A stretch of DNA of 64,000 bases from positions 67,642,001 to 67,706,000 of the forward strand of contig OZ024741.1 of assembly GCA_964016885.1 (NCBI GenBank), given 5' to 3'. The notes beneath the pieces are model-generated. The model did not search any database, was not told the DNA's origin, and saw nothing but the letters and a program-made list of their open reading frames with translations. The stretch's first letter is position 1, and every line of letters begins with the position of its first letter. The stretch comes from Eledone cirrhosa. Taxonomy: Eukaryota. Made by a program: the position numbers and the translations under genes. Shown piece by piece: positions 54,882 through 64,000 of the stretch.

Positions 54882-57452
54882 CTATGTGTCTGGTCTGAAG
54901 AAAAAGAAAGAGCTAAGTATGGTATGGTGGCAGGACGAGAAGATTTCTGATCTCCTGTTGAGCAAGTTGAGTCCTGAGAATACTATGGCATGAGATTCAG
55001 ATAGGCACAGGCTACAACACCTGCTCAACGAGCTATATGGAGGAGCTTTAGTAAGGCATCTCCAGCTTAGTGTGTAGGGGCTTTTTGTTTGTTTTAAGCT
55101 ATGTATATGCCCCGCTAACGACGTGGTATTTTTAAGCTTCTCATATCGGAAGCTATGCTGGTGGGCGTTGAACCTCGTCTTGAACTCGTTAGCGGTTGAT
55201 CCCACATACGTCTTAGTATACGTGTCTGTGGTTACGTTACAAGCATATACCACGTTCCTAATAAGACAGTGTCCAGCTAGTGGGCATTTGTCCTTCCTTC
55301 TGCAATTACACTTTTTAGTAGGGTCATGCTCCTCAATCAGGGGTGCATGTCCCTCCAAGCGGCCGCAGGGCTGCCTAGTGGGACCGGTTCTATTGCCTAT
55401 TATCCCCCTGGGTCTTTCACTCAGTGGGTTGGTCCCGTGTTGTCGTGTGTACTGGCGTGGTTCACTATTTCGGATGGCCTTAAGTCCCTCTTTAATCTTA
55501 CTCTTATTGGTCTTAGCTAGGTGTGAGGCCAGATTAGGGGTTGTAGAGTACGATAGCTTGATAGTATTCTTATTGATGACACTACCGTACCTACTACCCG
55601 GGGGGAAGTTCTTATCTATTAAAGAGAAAAAAGATTTGGAGAGGTCTGTAGTAACATTAGAATTGAAGGGTGGGTTAAAGAAGGTACTATTACGTCTTCT
55701 ATTCCTTCCACTGCGTTTCCTATCCCCTATGCTGCTTACCCTCTCTTCGTCTATATTATTACGGGTTCTACCAGGTGTGGTTGCTGTGCTTCCAGTGGTA
55801 TGTGCATTGGTCTCGAGTCTCCTAGGCCTCTGTCCCCCGTTTTCACTGTTGGACTTGCTCGGGGCGGCATAGCGCTTACCAGGCGTGTGGGCCCTATCCG
55901 TGTCTGCGTTGCGAGTGTTGTTGTTCTTATCTAACTTCCTATTGTCCCTATTCGTCTTTCTAGCTCTCCTTCCAACTCCCATGGACATATTGTGCGTGAT
56001 TACAGTGCTGGGTTGGGGTGGCGGGGTGGTTCCGCCTGTCTCAACATAATGGAGTTTATCTTTGTGCCCTGACCCAGCTAGCGCCTTATTGTAATATTCC
56101 GCGTTCGCTTCAAATGCGGTCACGCTGCTAGATAGTCCGCTAATCCTACTAGATACTCCTTTAACTATTGCTTTGAGGACTGAGCCTGGGTGGTTGGAGC
56201 TGGCATTGACGTATGTCAGCCTTTCGTTAGGTTTATGGTACGGTACATATTCTAACTTATCTAGGTCTAGTGTGGCATCTAGAAAGTTGACTACCTTACT
56301 ATTTCTATCCATAGTTATTGATAGGTTAAAATTCTTGAAGAATTTATAAAGGTCCTTTCTAGTTCTTTCTAGGTTGTGCCGTTTAAAGTCCACAGTAAGC
56401 AATGCGTCGTCACGGTATAGCCCACCTCTGAGGTGTGGGAGCTGCTCGTTCAGCTCCTTGAGCAAGTACAATCCGATGAGGTCTGTCACCTGCTCTGAGT
56501 CGCTAGACCCCATAGTGATGTCGAAATTGTTACGAGTGTTCTTGCGCGTCCACAATTCATCCTCAAATGTGATAATTGTTTTACGAGCGGCAAGGACTAT
56601 GTCAATCTGGGATCTAGCGAGTCCGCCCGTCCGCATTGCCATCATGAGCGCCTTATTTAGTAGTATGGGGGATATAGACGTTTAGTAGGAGTCTATATCG
56701 AACTGGATGAAGCGTAGTGATTTGTGGTTGCTAATGCTTGAGAACCACTTTATCACTTCTGCAGTGTTTCCCCATAGGTCCAGGCTAATCCTGTCTTTAA
56801 CTTTCGGTATGACTTCATCTAGTATTTTTTTACTTATAATCCCTATGTCAGATTTAGAGGGGCTAATGAGCCTGACAGAGGGGCTACTTGCAAAGTCCTC
56901 GTTATGATCTTTCAATGTGAACCTTGGTTGTCGGTGGGTATAAGGTTGTGTGCATTTCTCTAATCCTAGCTTCGTTACTATCACTTTAGCCTCCCTGTTA
57001 ATCTCATCTAGGTTGGCTACAGTGGTTTTTTTATAGTTTTTATGTAGCTCATTGTATATGAAACCTTCATAACTCAGGTTGTACATATTCCTAGTCTTGT
57101 CCGAGGGTACGAGTATACACTTTCTGTCCTTAAAAGATTTAACTAGTGATTCTAACTTTGTTTGGAAGCCGCTACGCTTACTGTTTTTCCTTTTATATCT
57201 AATAGACCGGACGAGAGATAATAGGTCACTCTCAAATTTATCGAGTAGAGGGTTATGGGGCGGGCTACTAAATGTCCTAAATCCATACTTATTATTCGAT
57301 GGACTCTCTAGTGGGGCGCTACGGCGCCTATCGAAGTGAAATGTGCGCCATCTTATTCTCCTTACAAACGAGTTAACGCTGGTTATAAGCTGCTTTTCAT
57401 AAGTACCCCTTGGTGGTATGGGTATATTCTTAAGTGATAACGGAAATGCTTC
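54882..57452 (-). pseudogene. PLE reverse transcriptase + GIY-YIG endonuclease, one frame of 857 codons with a single internal TAA (56682-56684) and no start codon
   Basis: Manual translation upstream of 57086 stays open: SLKNIPIP..RRIRWR..YGF..FESDL..FQTKL..VPSDKTRNMY. Then FDIDSY*TSI, TMGSSDSEQVTDLIG, LYRDDAL, VNFLD, YHKP, FFNPPF, CNCRRKDKCPLAGHC, VVYAC..YVGST..FKTRF..H, CSLCLSE, LLNRRSE. Confidence 0.92.
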
Positions 57453-57650
57453 TTAATAAGGGAGAGAAAGATCTTAGCTAATGGTGTGGCCACCTCCATA
57501 TTATATGGTGGGTTATACCATATAATGCGCCGGGATCTATTTTTCCTTGGTCTATGCTCATACTTAGTATATGCTATCTTATGGACAAATCCACTCCGAG
57601 CAAGAGCTTTATTGTAATATGTGAAATGGTCGGTGAAAATATGGTCGTTT
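57443..57650 (-). mobile_element. fragment of a second, different Hydra-clade-like PLE (thumb/linker region)
   Basis: Manual translation HFTYYNKALARSGFVHKIAYTKYEHRPRKNRSRRIIWYNPPYNMEVATPLAKIFLSLIKKHF, homologous to YYNKALAGSGH...RNRRRNSTFFNPPFNSNVTTDLSKSFFSLIDKNF in the neighbouring ORF. Confidence 0.88.
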
Positions 57651-57741
57651 GTATAGTTTCAGAAGATCCCGTTAAGGGTGAAAGCACCGATTATTTGCTT
57701 AAACTTTAATCTGTTATTTTAATATATATATATATATATAT

Positions 57742-57870
57742 AAGTTATTCCGGGTTCAATCGGGGGTAACCACAGTAAGTAAGGAACTCAATACATAGCA
57801 GAGTATAAAAGTTTTAATATAGAAAAGCTTCTACAGGACTAGAACTGTTTCATTCGTGAGAAATCAGTAG
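57742..57870 (-). repeat. PLE pseudo-LTR remnant; second rearranged copy at 60331-60455
   Basis: 57744-57810 is the reverse complement of 60395-60454; 57812-57866 is a direct match to 60331-60390; decayed hammerhead (tgatga..tc tcac gaa t GAAAC..GTC) on the minus strand. Confidence 0.75.
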
Positions 57871-57966
57871 AAAATACGAAGGGCAAATGATGGTAAATGA
57901 AACAAAACAAAGTATAGTAATGTTTCTGGAGGAAAAAGTCAAATCATTCGTTTGTTTGATCTAAGA

Positions 57967-58969
57967 CTATTTTAGCCTCGCATCTGAAAAGAGGGTTTTA
58001 TTCCAAAATTTGCTCCTATACAAGGGGCAGGTCCCTTTTGTGTCATTATTTACCATTTTTTCCCATTTGGTTCTGGCTCCTCTATACACTCTGATTTTAT
58101 CTCTCTGATTGTAACCAGAGAACTGCATACGGTGGATGAAGTGTTGTATGTATCTCTCTAGTTCTTCGGGGTTGCACATGCGGGACACGTTTCTCATCAC
58201 CCGTACCAAATCCGCAATCAGTATGTTGATTTTGGTATGGTCCGAAACAGCTGAGTTTCGGTGGATCAGATATTTGGAAGTCATGGGTTTGGCATAATGG
58301 GAAAAAATGGTAAATAATGACACAAACGGGACCTGCTCCTTGTATAGGAGCAAATTTTGGAATAGAATAGAAAGAACTAGGAATAAGGCTAATAGAATAA
58401 ACTCATGGTATGATAGCAATAAATACCAGAGTGTAATGTTCATCGATACAACCCCTAGAAGTGAATTAGCTTACAAATTTAGAAGGGCCCTAGATAAACA
58501 TAAACTCAATATTAAGATAGTAGAAAGACCAGGTACCTCCATAAAAACACTTATTAGCAAGATATACCCTTTTCAAAGAACTCCCCGTATAGATAAGAAA
58601 TGTATAATCTGTAAATTAAGCCCCCATATTAACTGTAAAACTAGAAATGTAGTATGTAGCATAAGATGTACTGAAGGACAATGTAGAGATAAAAATATAG
58701 TGTACATAGGTGAGACAGCTCGTAGTATAGGGGAACGGATAAATGAACACTGGCGAGACCTTCAAGATAGTAAAGAATCATCTGTACTCTACCAACATGC
58801 TAAAATAGAACATAAGGGTAAATTAGAGAACATAGAAGTGAAAATAGAATCTACACACAGAAAATACGCAATGTTTAGACAAATCACAGAGGCAATAAAC
58901 ATAAATGAACTCCAAGCAAAATTAAATAGAAAACATGAGTGGAACAGCAACATCACACCTTACAATTAA
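57967..58969 (+). mobile_element. Penelope-like element 3' fragment (GIY-YIG; Nematis-like, tentative) with inverted 5' segment
   Basis: 58307..58969: CIIC..C..NVVCSIRC..C..VYIGETARSIGERINEH..HAKIEH..RQITEAI..LNRKHEW. Minus strand 57995-58300 encodes the preceding thumb region YAKPM..SA..RMQFSGY and overlaps by ~65 bp of inverted duplication. Confidence 0.88.
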
Positions 58970-59360
58970 GGACAAAATGAAAACACACACGCACATAGAA
59001 CAAACAACCAACCAGTAACATGTAAATAAACAAATAAATAAACGAATATAAACACACACAGACACCCGGATGTAACACATGCGCAAACTAAGCACACAAC
59101 ACACACACAAAAACAAGATGGCGTACGACAGAACAAAGGAGAGGCACAAAAAACAAAGAAAAGAATCCCCAGTCACTGGAGAGGTCACAGAATGTGCGAC
59201 GAAAGAACTTTGACAATATATAAACAACCATCTGGTTGTGGAACCAACCAACCAACCGGAAATTTATAAATTCCTAAATTTATAAATTTATTATAATAAA
59301 TTGAAGTGAAAGCAGCTGGTGCGTGTGTTTCTTATTGACAACATGACCCTTCCAAAGTAT

Positions 59361-59425
<65 letters not shown>

Positions 59426-59431
59426 CATATA

Positions 59432-60328
59432 TCATAAACTATAAAGCTCAGTGTATGGACATGCTCCTTCGTTATAGAAATCTACGATATAGAATTTCTT
59501 CAATTGAAATTTACAATTCAGCATTCGTAATAGCTTCGATTGCGTCTTGACGCAGATAATTTTTTCAATTTCACCCACAATTACGCAAAAAATAGATAAA
59601 ACTCAATATTTTACGATTTTTCTCTCTCATTTAAACTGCTGAACACTTTCTACTACCATTCAAAATCTATACAACTTCATACTTGCTGCTACTTTCTTTT
59701 TCCAAGCTTGATGGTGATACTGTCCGTTCACACCACTCCCTACTGTCTTAAATTTAGAAAACACATATCCTCTATGAGGTTACTAAACCTGCTAGAAACA
59801 CCAGCTAACTCTCCCCGATATCACACCCCTCCTTACTGTCTTAAATTTAGAAAACATATCTTCTATGAGGTCACCAAACCTGCTAGAAACAGCAGCTAAC
59901 TCTCCCCCATATCACACCACTCCCTACTGTCTTAAATTTAGAAAACACATATCCTCTATAAGGTCACTAAACCTGCTAGAAACAACAGCTAACTCTCCCT
60001 CATATCACAACCCTCCCTACTGTCTTAAATTTAGAAAACACACAGACAACCATGCAGAACAACTCCATCGCAGCATTGTTGTTCGGCTGGCATCGTCTAC
60101 GCGCGTGTTGCGCAAGTACTGTGAAACAATAAATTTCAACACTTTTTTGCACAGAGATAATATCCATAGGCGAAACTACAATTGTCACTGCTGGCGCAGC
60201 TCATGCTTCCAGGTCTGCAATTCATTCACCCAGTGCCTGGCAGACAAAAAAGTGCTGCCATAAAATGGGTGGTGCAACCTAACTTTGGTAACTTAATGAC
60301 CCCGAGCAACGCCGGGCTTTAATGGTAG
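59432..60328 (+). mobile_element. non-autonomous Helitron-like element
   Basis: A|TC start with tataaagctcagtgt motif; 3' hairpin cccg agcaacgc cggg then GTAG|T (CTAG with one change). Confidence 0.7.
59728..60043. repeat. ~93-bp minisatellite x3.4 inside the Helitron
   Basis: tcacacc..ccctactgtcttaaatttagaaaacac.. starts at 59728, 59821, 59912 and 60005. Confidence 0.95.
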
Positions 60329-60460
60329 TATTTTAATAAAGAAAAGCTTCTAGAGGACTAGAACTGAACTGTTTCATTCGTGAGACATCATCATTTTACT
60401 CTGCTATGTATTGAGTACTTTACTGTGGTTACCCCCGATTAAACCTGGAATAACGTATCT

Positions 60461-60525
<65 letters not shown>

Positions 60526-61333
60526 GTAAAACACACACACACACACATACATATATACAATTATCTGTTTGTGCACGTGTGTTTACAAAGTCATAGATAT
60601 ACATACATACATACATACATACATACATACGAATATACATACACATATATACGTAAGTACATACATAGTTGCATACTTAGACCATTCACAGACTGCACAC
60701 ATCTACTTCATTGCAAGAAAGAACATTAATGAAAGGTTAAACTACGTAATGTTCTGAGAAGATCTATCCATGTAAGTTGTTTATAGATTACTTCATCTAT
60801 TGTCTTCTACATTTATATTGCACTGAAACATCATCTAGGCTATTCTCATAATGTACTCCCACAAATGTCATGAATATTTATCGTATACCATGAAATACGC
60901 GATTGCTTTATGTTCTGTTTAACGATTAACTGCACCGGTTAACAAACACATTTATGCATACATATATATGTGTCTATATGTGTCTATATGTGTCTATATG
61001 TGTCCCTGCGTGTGTATCTGTATGTGTCTGTGTGTGTCTGTGTATGTGTGTGTCTGTGTGTGTGTATCTGTATGTATCTGTATGTGTCTGTGTGCATGTG
61101 TGTGTATGCGTGTCTGTGTGTGTGTGCGCGTGTATGTATGGCCCAGTAACACCTCGAATGGATGAAAGGCAAAGTAGACTGTGGGGTGATTTGAACACAT
61201 CTCTGCCTCTATACATATATACATATTTATATATATATATATGTATAAATACATGTGTGTGTATATATGTGTATGTGAGTGTGTGTGCGGACATTATATA
61301 TATACCGGCATATAAGTATGTATGTATATATAC

Positions 61334-61380
<47 letters not shown>

Positions 61381-61504
61381 CAGTCGATCGACAAGTTCCC
61401 AGACCTTAGTCGTTTAACGAGTGGGTTGGAGCTCGTCAAATCGGACCGAGGAAATAATGTTTCCAATGGCTTTTCCAATTACTAATATTATCTATCGGTC
61501 ACAA

Positions 61505-61606
61505 ATCCGGGTAGAAGGAGCAACGTGAAATAAAGTGTCTTGCTCAAGGACATAACGCATCGCCCGGTCCGGGAATCGAACTCACAACCTCACGTTTGCG
61601 AATCCA
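61505..61606 (-). mobile_element. SINE fragment (second family)
   Basis: ggagcaacgtgaaataaagtgtcttgctcaaggacataacgc; B-box GAGTTCGATTCC on the minus strand. Confidence 0.8.
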
Positions 61607-61739
61607 ATTCTCTCTCTCTCTATATATATATATATGTGTGTGTGTGTGTTTGAGAGAGAGAGAGAGTGATACGCAGAGAGCAGTATTGCGTTATAGAAAG
61701 ACTGAATAAGAGTGAGACAGGCTAAGAGAGTACAAATGT

Positions 61740-61770
<31 letters not shown>

Positions 61771-61902
61771 GAAGATTTTCCACCCGACATGTTTATGCAA
61801 TAATCTATTTATAAATATACACTTTATGCACAGCGTTCCACTCGTATTTTCCCGACTCTACGCTTTGTTCAGACGCATACACGGTCATACACCTTTATCA
61901 CT

Positions 61903-61941
<39 letters not shown>

Positions 61942-61947
61942 ATGCAT

Positions 61948-61990
61948 TTTATTCTGGAGTTTCGCCTGTTTAACTCAGGGTCATCACCCG
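61948..61990 (-). ncRNA. truncated hammerhead motif + AATAAA
   Basis: Minus strand gTGATGA c cctg agttaaa cagg c GAAAC tccag AATAAA, then (CA)n/(TA)n; cleavage triplet and stem I missing. Confidence 0.5.
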
Positions 61991-62287
61991 TCAACCACGA
62001 TAAGATCTGAATACATAAGGAGAATAAGAAACATCTGAATAGTAGAAATGCCATATTGTGCTGTAAATTCCCGAGCTGTGTCTATTATTAGGCACCGTTC
62101 GGGAAATCTTAAATGGAATATAATCGAGTGAAAACAACTGGAGAGAAAGACAAGGAAATTAATGTCTATCTACTCTATTCTTCATAAAAAGGATGATGTT
62201 GATAGAGTTCTGAAACACAGTCTATTTCTGATAATTAGTTATACAAACAATATCAGAAGTATTATTATTATTATTATTTCGCTGACA

Positions 62288-62476
62288 GGCGGTGAATTGG
62301 CAGTATCAGTAGAGGGTTGGACGCCATGCTTTCCAGCATAGTTACGTCCCTTTACTGTCTGAGTTCAAATCCCGTCGAGGTTAGCTTTGCCTTTCATCCT
62401 TATGAGGTCGATAAAATAAAGTACCAGTAATGTACTGGGTAATTGCTGGCCTTGTGCCAAATGTAGAAACAATTAT
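62288..62476 (+). mobile_element. tRNA-derived SINE with the same internal deletion as the 40504 copy
   Basis: A and B boxes as above; gtactgggtaattgctggcc lacks the gtcgat..atcgac hairpin present in the 41217 copy. Confidence 0.85.
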
Positions 62477-62489
62477 ATTGACAAGTAGG

Positions 62490-62797
62490 AGGCAAGCCCG
62501 CTTCGTGTGATCTGCGGAGAGAGGGAGAAAGGAAACTGTGGTTCACATCGAATCTGAGTGTGAACACCTAGCCCAGCCTCATAATAAATAGATGGAGGTA
62601 TGATATCTTGGGAAAAGGGATCCACTGGCATTTATGCAAACTGAATAATTTAACTCATACTGAGAGAAGGTATGAGCATAAGTCAGAATCGGTGATAGAA
62701 AATGATTGTGTGAAGGTGCTGTGGGATTTCAGGATACAAACAAACGAAGAATTAGAACACAATAGGCCTCATCTGATGGTTTTTGGCAAGGAAAAAA
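62490..62797 (+). mobile_element. R4/Dong-type non-LTR fragment (zinc knuckle + restriction-like endonuclease)
   Basis: ETVVHIESECEHLAQ..IHWHLCK..YEHKSESVIENDCVKVLWDFRIQTNEELEHNRPHLMV. Confidence 0.85.
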
Positions 62798-62799
62798 AT

Positions 62800-63660
62800 C
62801 AAACCACTATCTGCAGCCTCAGCTATTCAGGGCGTATCAGAGGGTCCTTGCTATTCCAAGTAGGCTTGCCATATGATGTGTTCCAAAAATGTGAGCTGGG
62901 AAAATATTCTTTATCCAGCCTTGGAAGCTCTTCGAGATAGTACCTAGTGCTCCTATGACGATGTGAACGACTTGATCTCATGACAGTCCCAAATCTTTTT
63001 CTCTTCCCACTTTGGATCCTGAAACCAATTAATTTTCTCCTTCTCTTGGACTCTTGTCTCAAAGAGGCATGCTGCACCTATAATCAAGCAAGAAATCTTT
63101 CTTTGTCAAACACCATCAGATGAGGCCTATTGTGTTCCAATTCTTTATTTGTTTGTATCCTGAAATCCCACATCACCTTCACCCAATCGTTTTCTACCAC
63201 CGACTCTGGTGTTCATAGCACTTCTCAGAGTGGGTAAATTATTCAGTTTGCATAAATGCCAGTGGATCACTTTTCCTTTGATACCATGCCTCCATCATTT
63301 ATATTATAAATTTTATTATAAATTCTATAATGTGACTGGCTAGGTGTTTACACCCGAATATGATGTTAGCCACAGTTCCCCGTCCCCCACTCTCTCCCCA
63401 CCCCCTCTCTTTCTATCTATCTATCTCTTTCTCTCCACAGATCCTACAGAGCACGCTAGCCTACTCCTTGTTACTATGATGTTTGATCTGCTTAATTCTA
63501 AGGCCTGCTCCTGTGCAGCCAGTAGCATGCAGTCTGTAGCTTTCATAAGGCGCCTTCCTTTCGTAACTCCGTTAAACAAATATATTATAACTGCTCTCTG
63601 TCAAGTAATGTAATTGCAGGCAGGAGAATATTTCGCTGGATGTCGGCAGTTTCTAAGTTC
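62800..63660 (-). mobile_element. R4/Dong-type non-LTR 3' fragment, inverted relative to the previous copy
   Basis: Minus strand encodes MLLAAQEQAL..CRICGE..IHWHLCK..WDFRIQTNKELEHNRPHLMVFDK..IGALGTI..LLGIART, with frameshifts; boundaries approximate. Confidence 0.85.
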
Positions 63661-63690
63661 CGATTTCTATAAAGACACATTATAGACTTT

Positions 63691-63724
<34 letters not shown>

Positions 63725-63773
63725 TATAAAATAACAGGAGGCTCGACTGGTGTAATTCCTTAAAAGGTTTATT

Positions 63774-63831
63774 ATACTCTGATCATTTCAATGACCGGGT
63801 TCAGTATGAGTCCGGTGACATCATCAGGTAT
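63774..63831 (-). ncRNA. minimal hammerhead motif with canonical CUGAUGA core
   Basis: Minus strand atac CTGATGA tg(tc)accgg..ccggtca tt GAAA tgaTC aga gtat AATAAA, (TA)n ~45 nt downstream. Confidence 0.7.
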
Positions 63832-63938
63832 TCGAAATATAACAAAGGCATATAATAGACAAAATCCATGGGGCTGAAAATCGGAGACATTAGGGCGACC
63901 GAACATTTAGCAGCTTCTACCCCGGTCGGCCGTCCTCA

Positions 63939-64000
<62 letters not shown>

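Larger units (their letters stand above)
51990..57445 (-). mobile_element. Penelope-like retroelement with C-terminal GIY-YIG (Hydra-clade-like), 5'-truncated, with a long 3' region ending in hammerhead/AATAAA/(TA)n
   Basis: ORF motifs below, hammerhead at 52145, terminus at (TA)n ~51989. That 52200-54880 belongs to the same element is inferred from orientation and lack of an obvious junction. Confidence 0.75.

Noticed and set aside
56682-56684. Recoded stop (selenocysteine) in the PLE ORF
   Set aside because: The codon is TAA at an expected Tyr position, not TGA at a Cys position; a simple nonsense mutation or base error is more likely.
63868-63942. Possible + strand hammerhead (ctgaaaa tcgg..ccga) before AATAAA and (TA)n
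   Set aside because: No GAAA after stem II and the 3-8 positions do not pair; not counted.

Overview
Eukaryotic (animal) repetitive DNA with no recognisable host gene. The tRNA-derived SINEs, Helitron ends and (TA)n-embedded elements look like those of Octopus/coleoid cephalopods (my recognition, not a search result). Bases 1 to ~40,414 are one uninterrupted, strand-asymmetric 40-bp satellite (about 1,000 units, consensus TGGTCATCTCACAGTCTTCTCATCCATCTCCTTCTCTCTT) that starts before the window. It has nested kilobase duplications (offsets 12,842, 6,061, 3,508, 2,953, 1,837, 1,833 and 1,479 bp) and a variant gradient toward its edge. All ORFs called in it are artefacts of a stop-free 40-mer. 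The remaining 23.6 kb is nested transposon debris: SINEs, a pogo/Tc2-type DNA transposon, a CR1-group LINE, two non-autonomous Helitrons, an inverted pair of R4/Dong LINE fragments and several Penelope-like elements (PLEs), including a nearly intact RT + GIY-YIG element with Hydra-clade-like motifs. The most striking hidden signal is a dense set of about a dozen minimal hammerhead-ribozyme motifs, several with the compensatory U3-A8 core. Most are followed by AATAAA and point into a (TA)n tract, i.e. PLE pseudo-LTR ends from many families docked at microsatellites.
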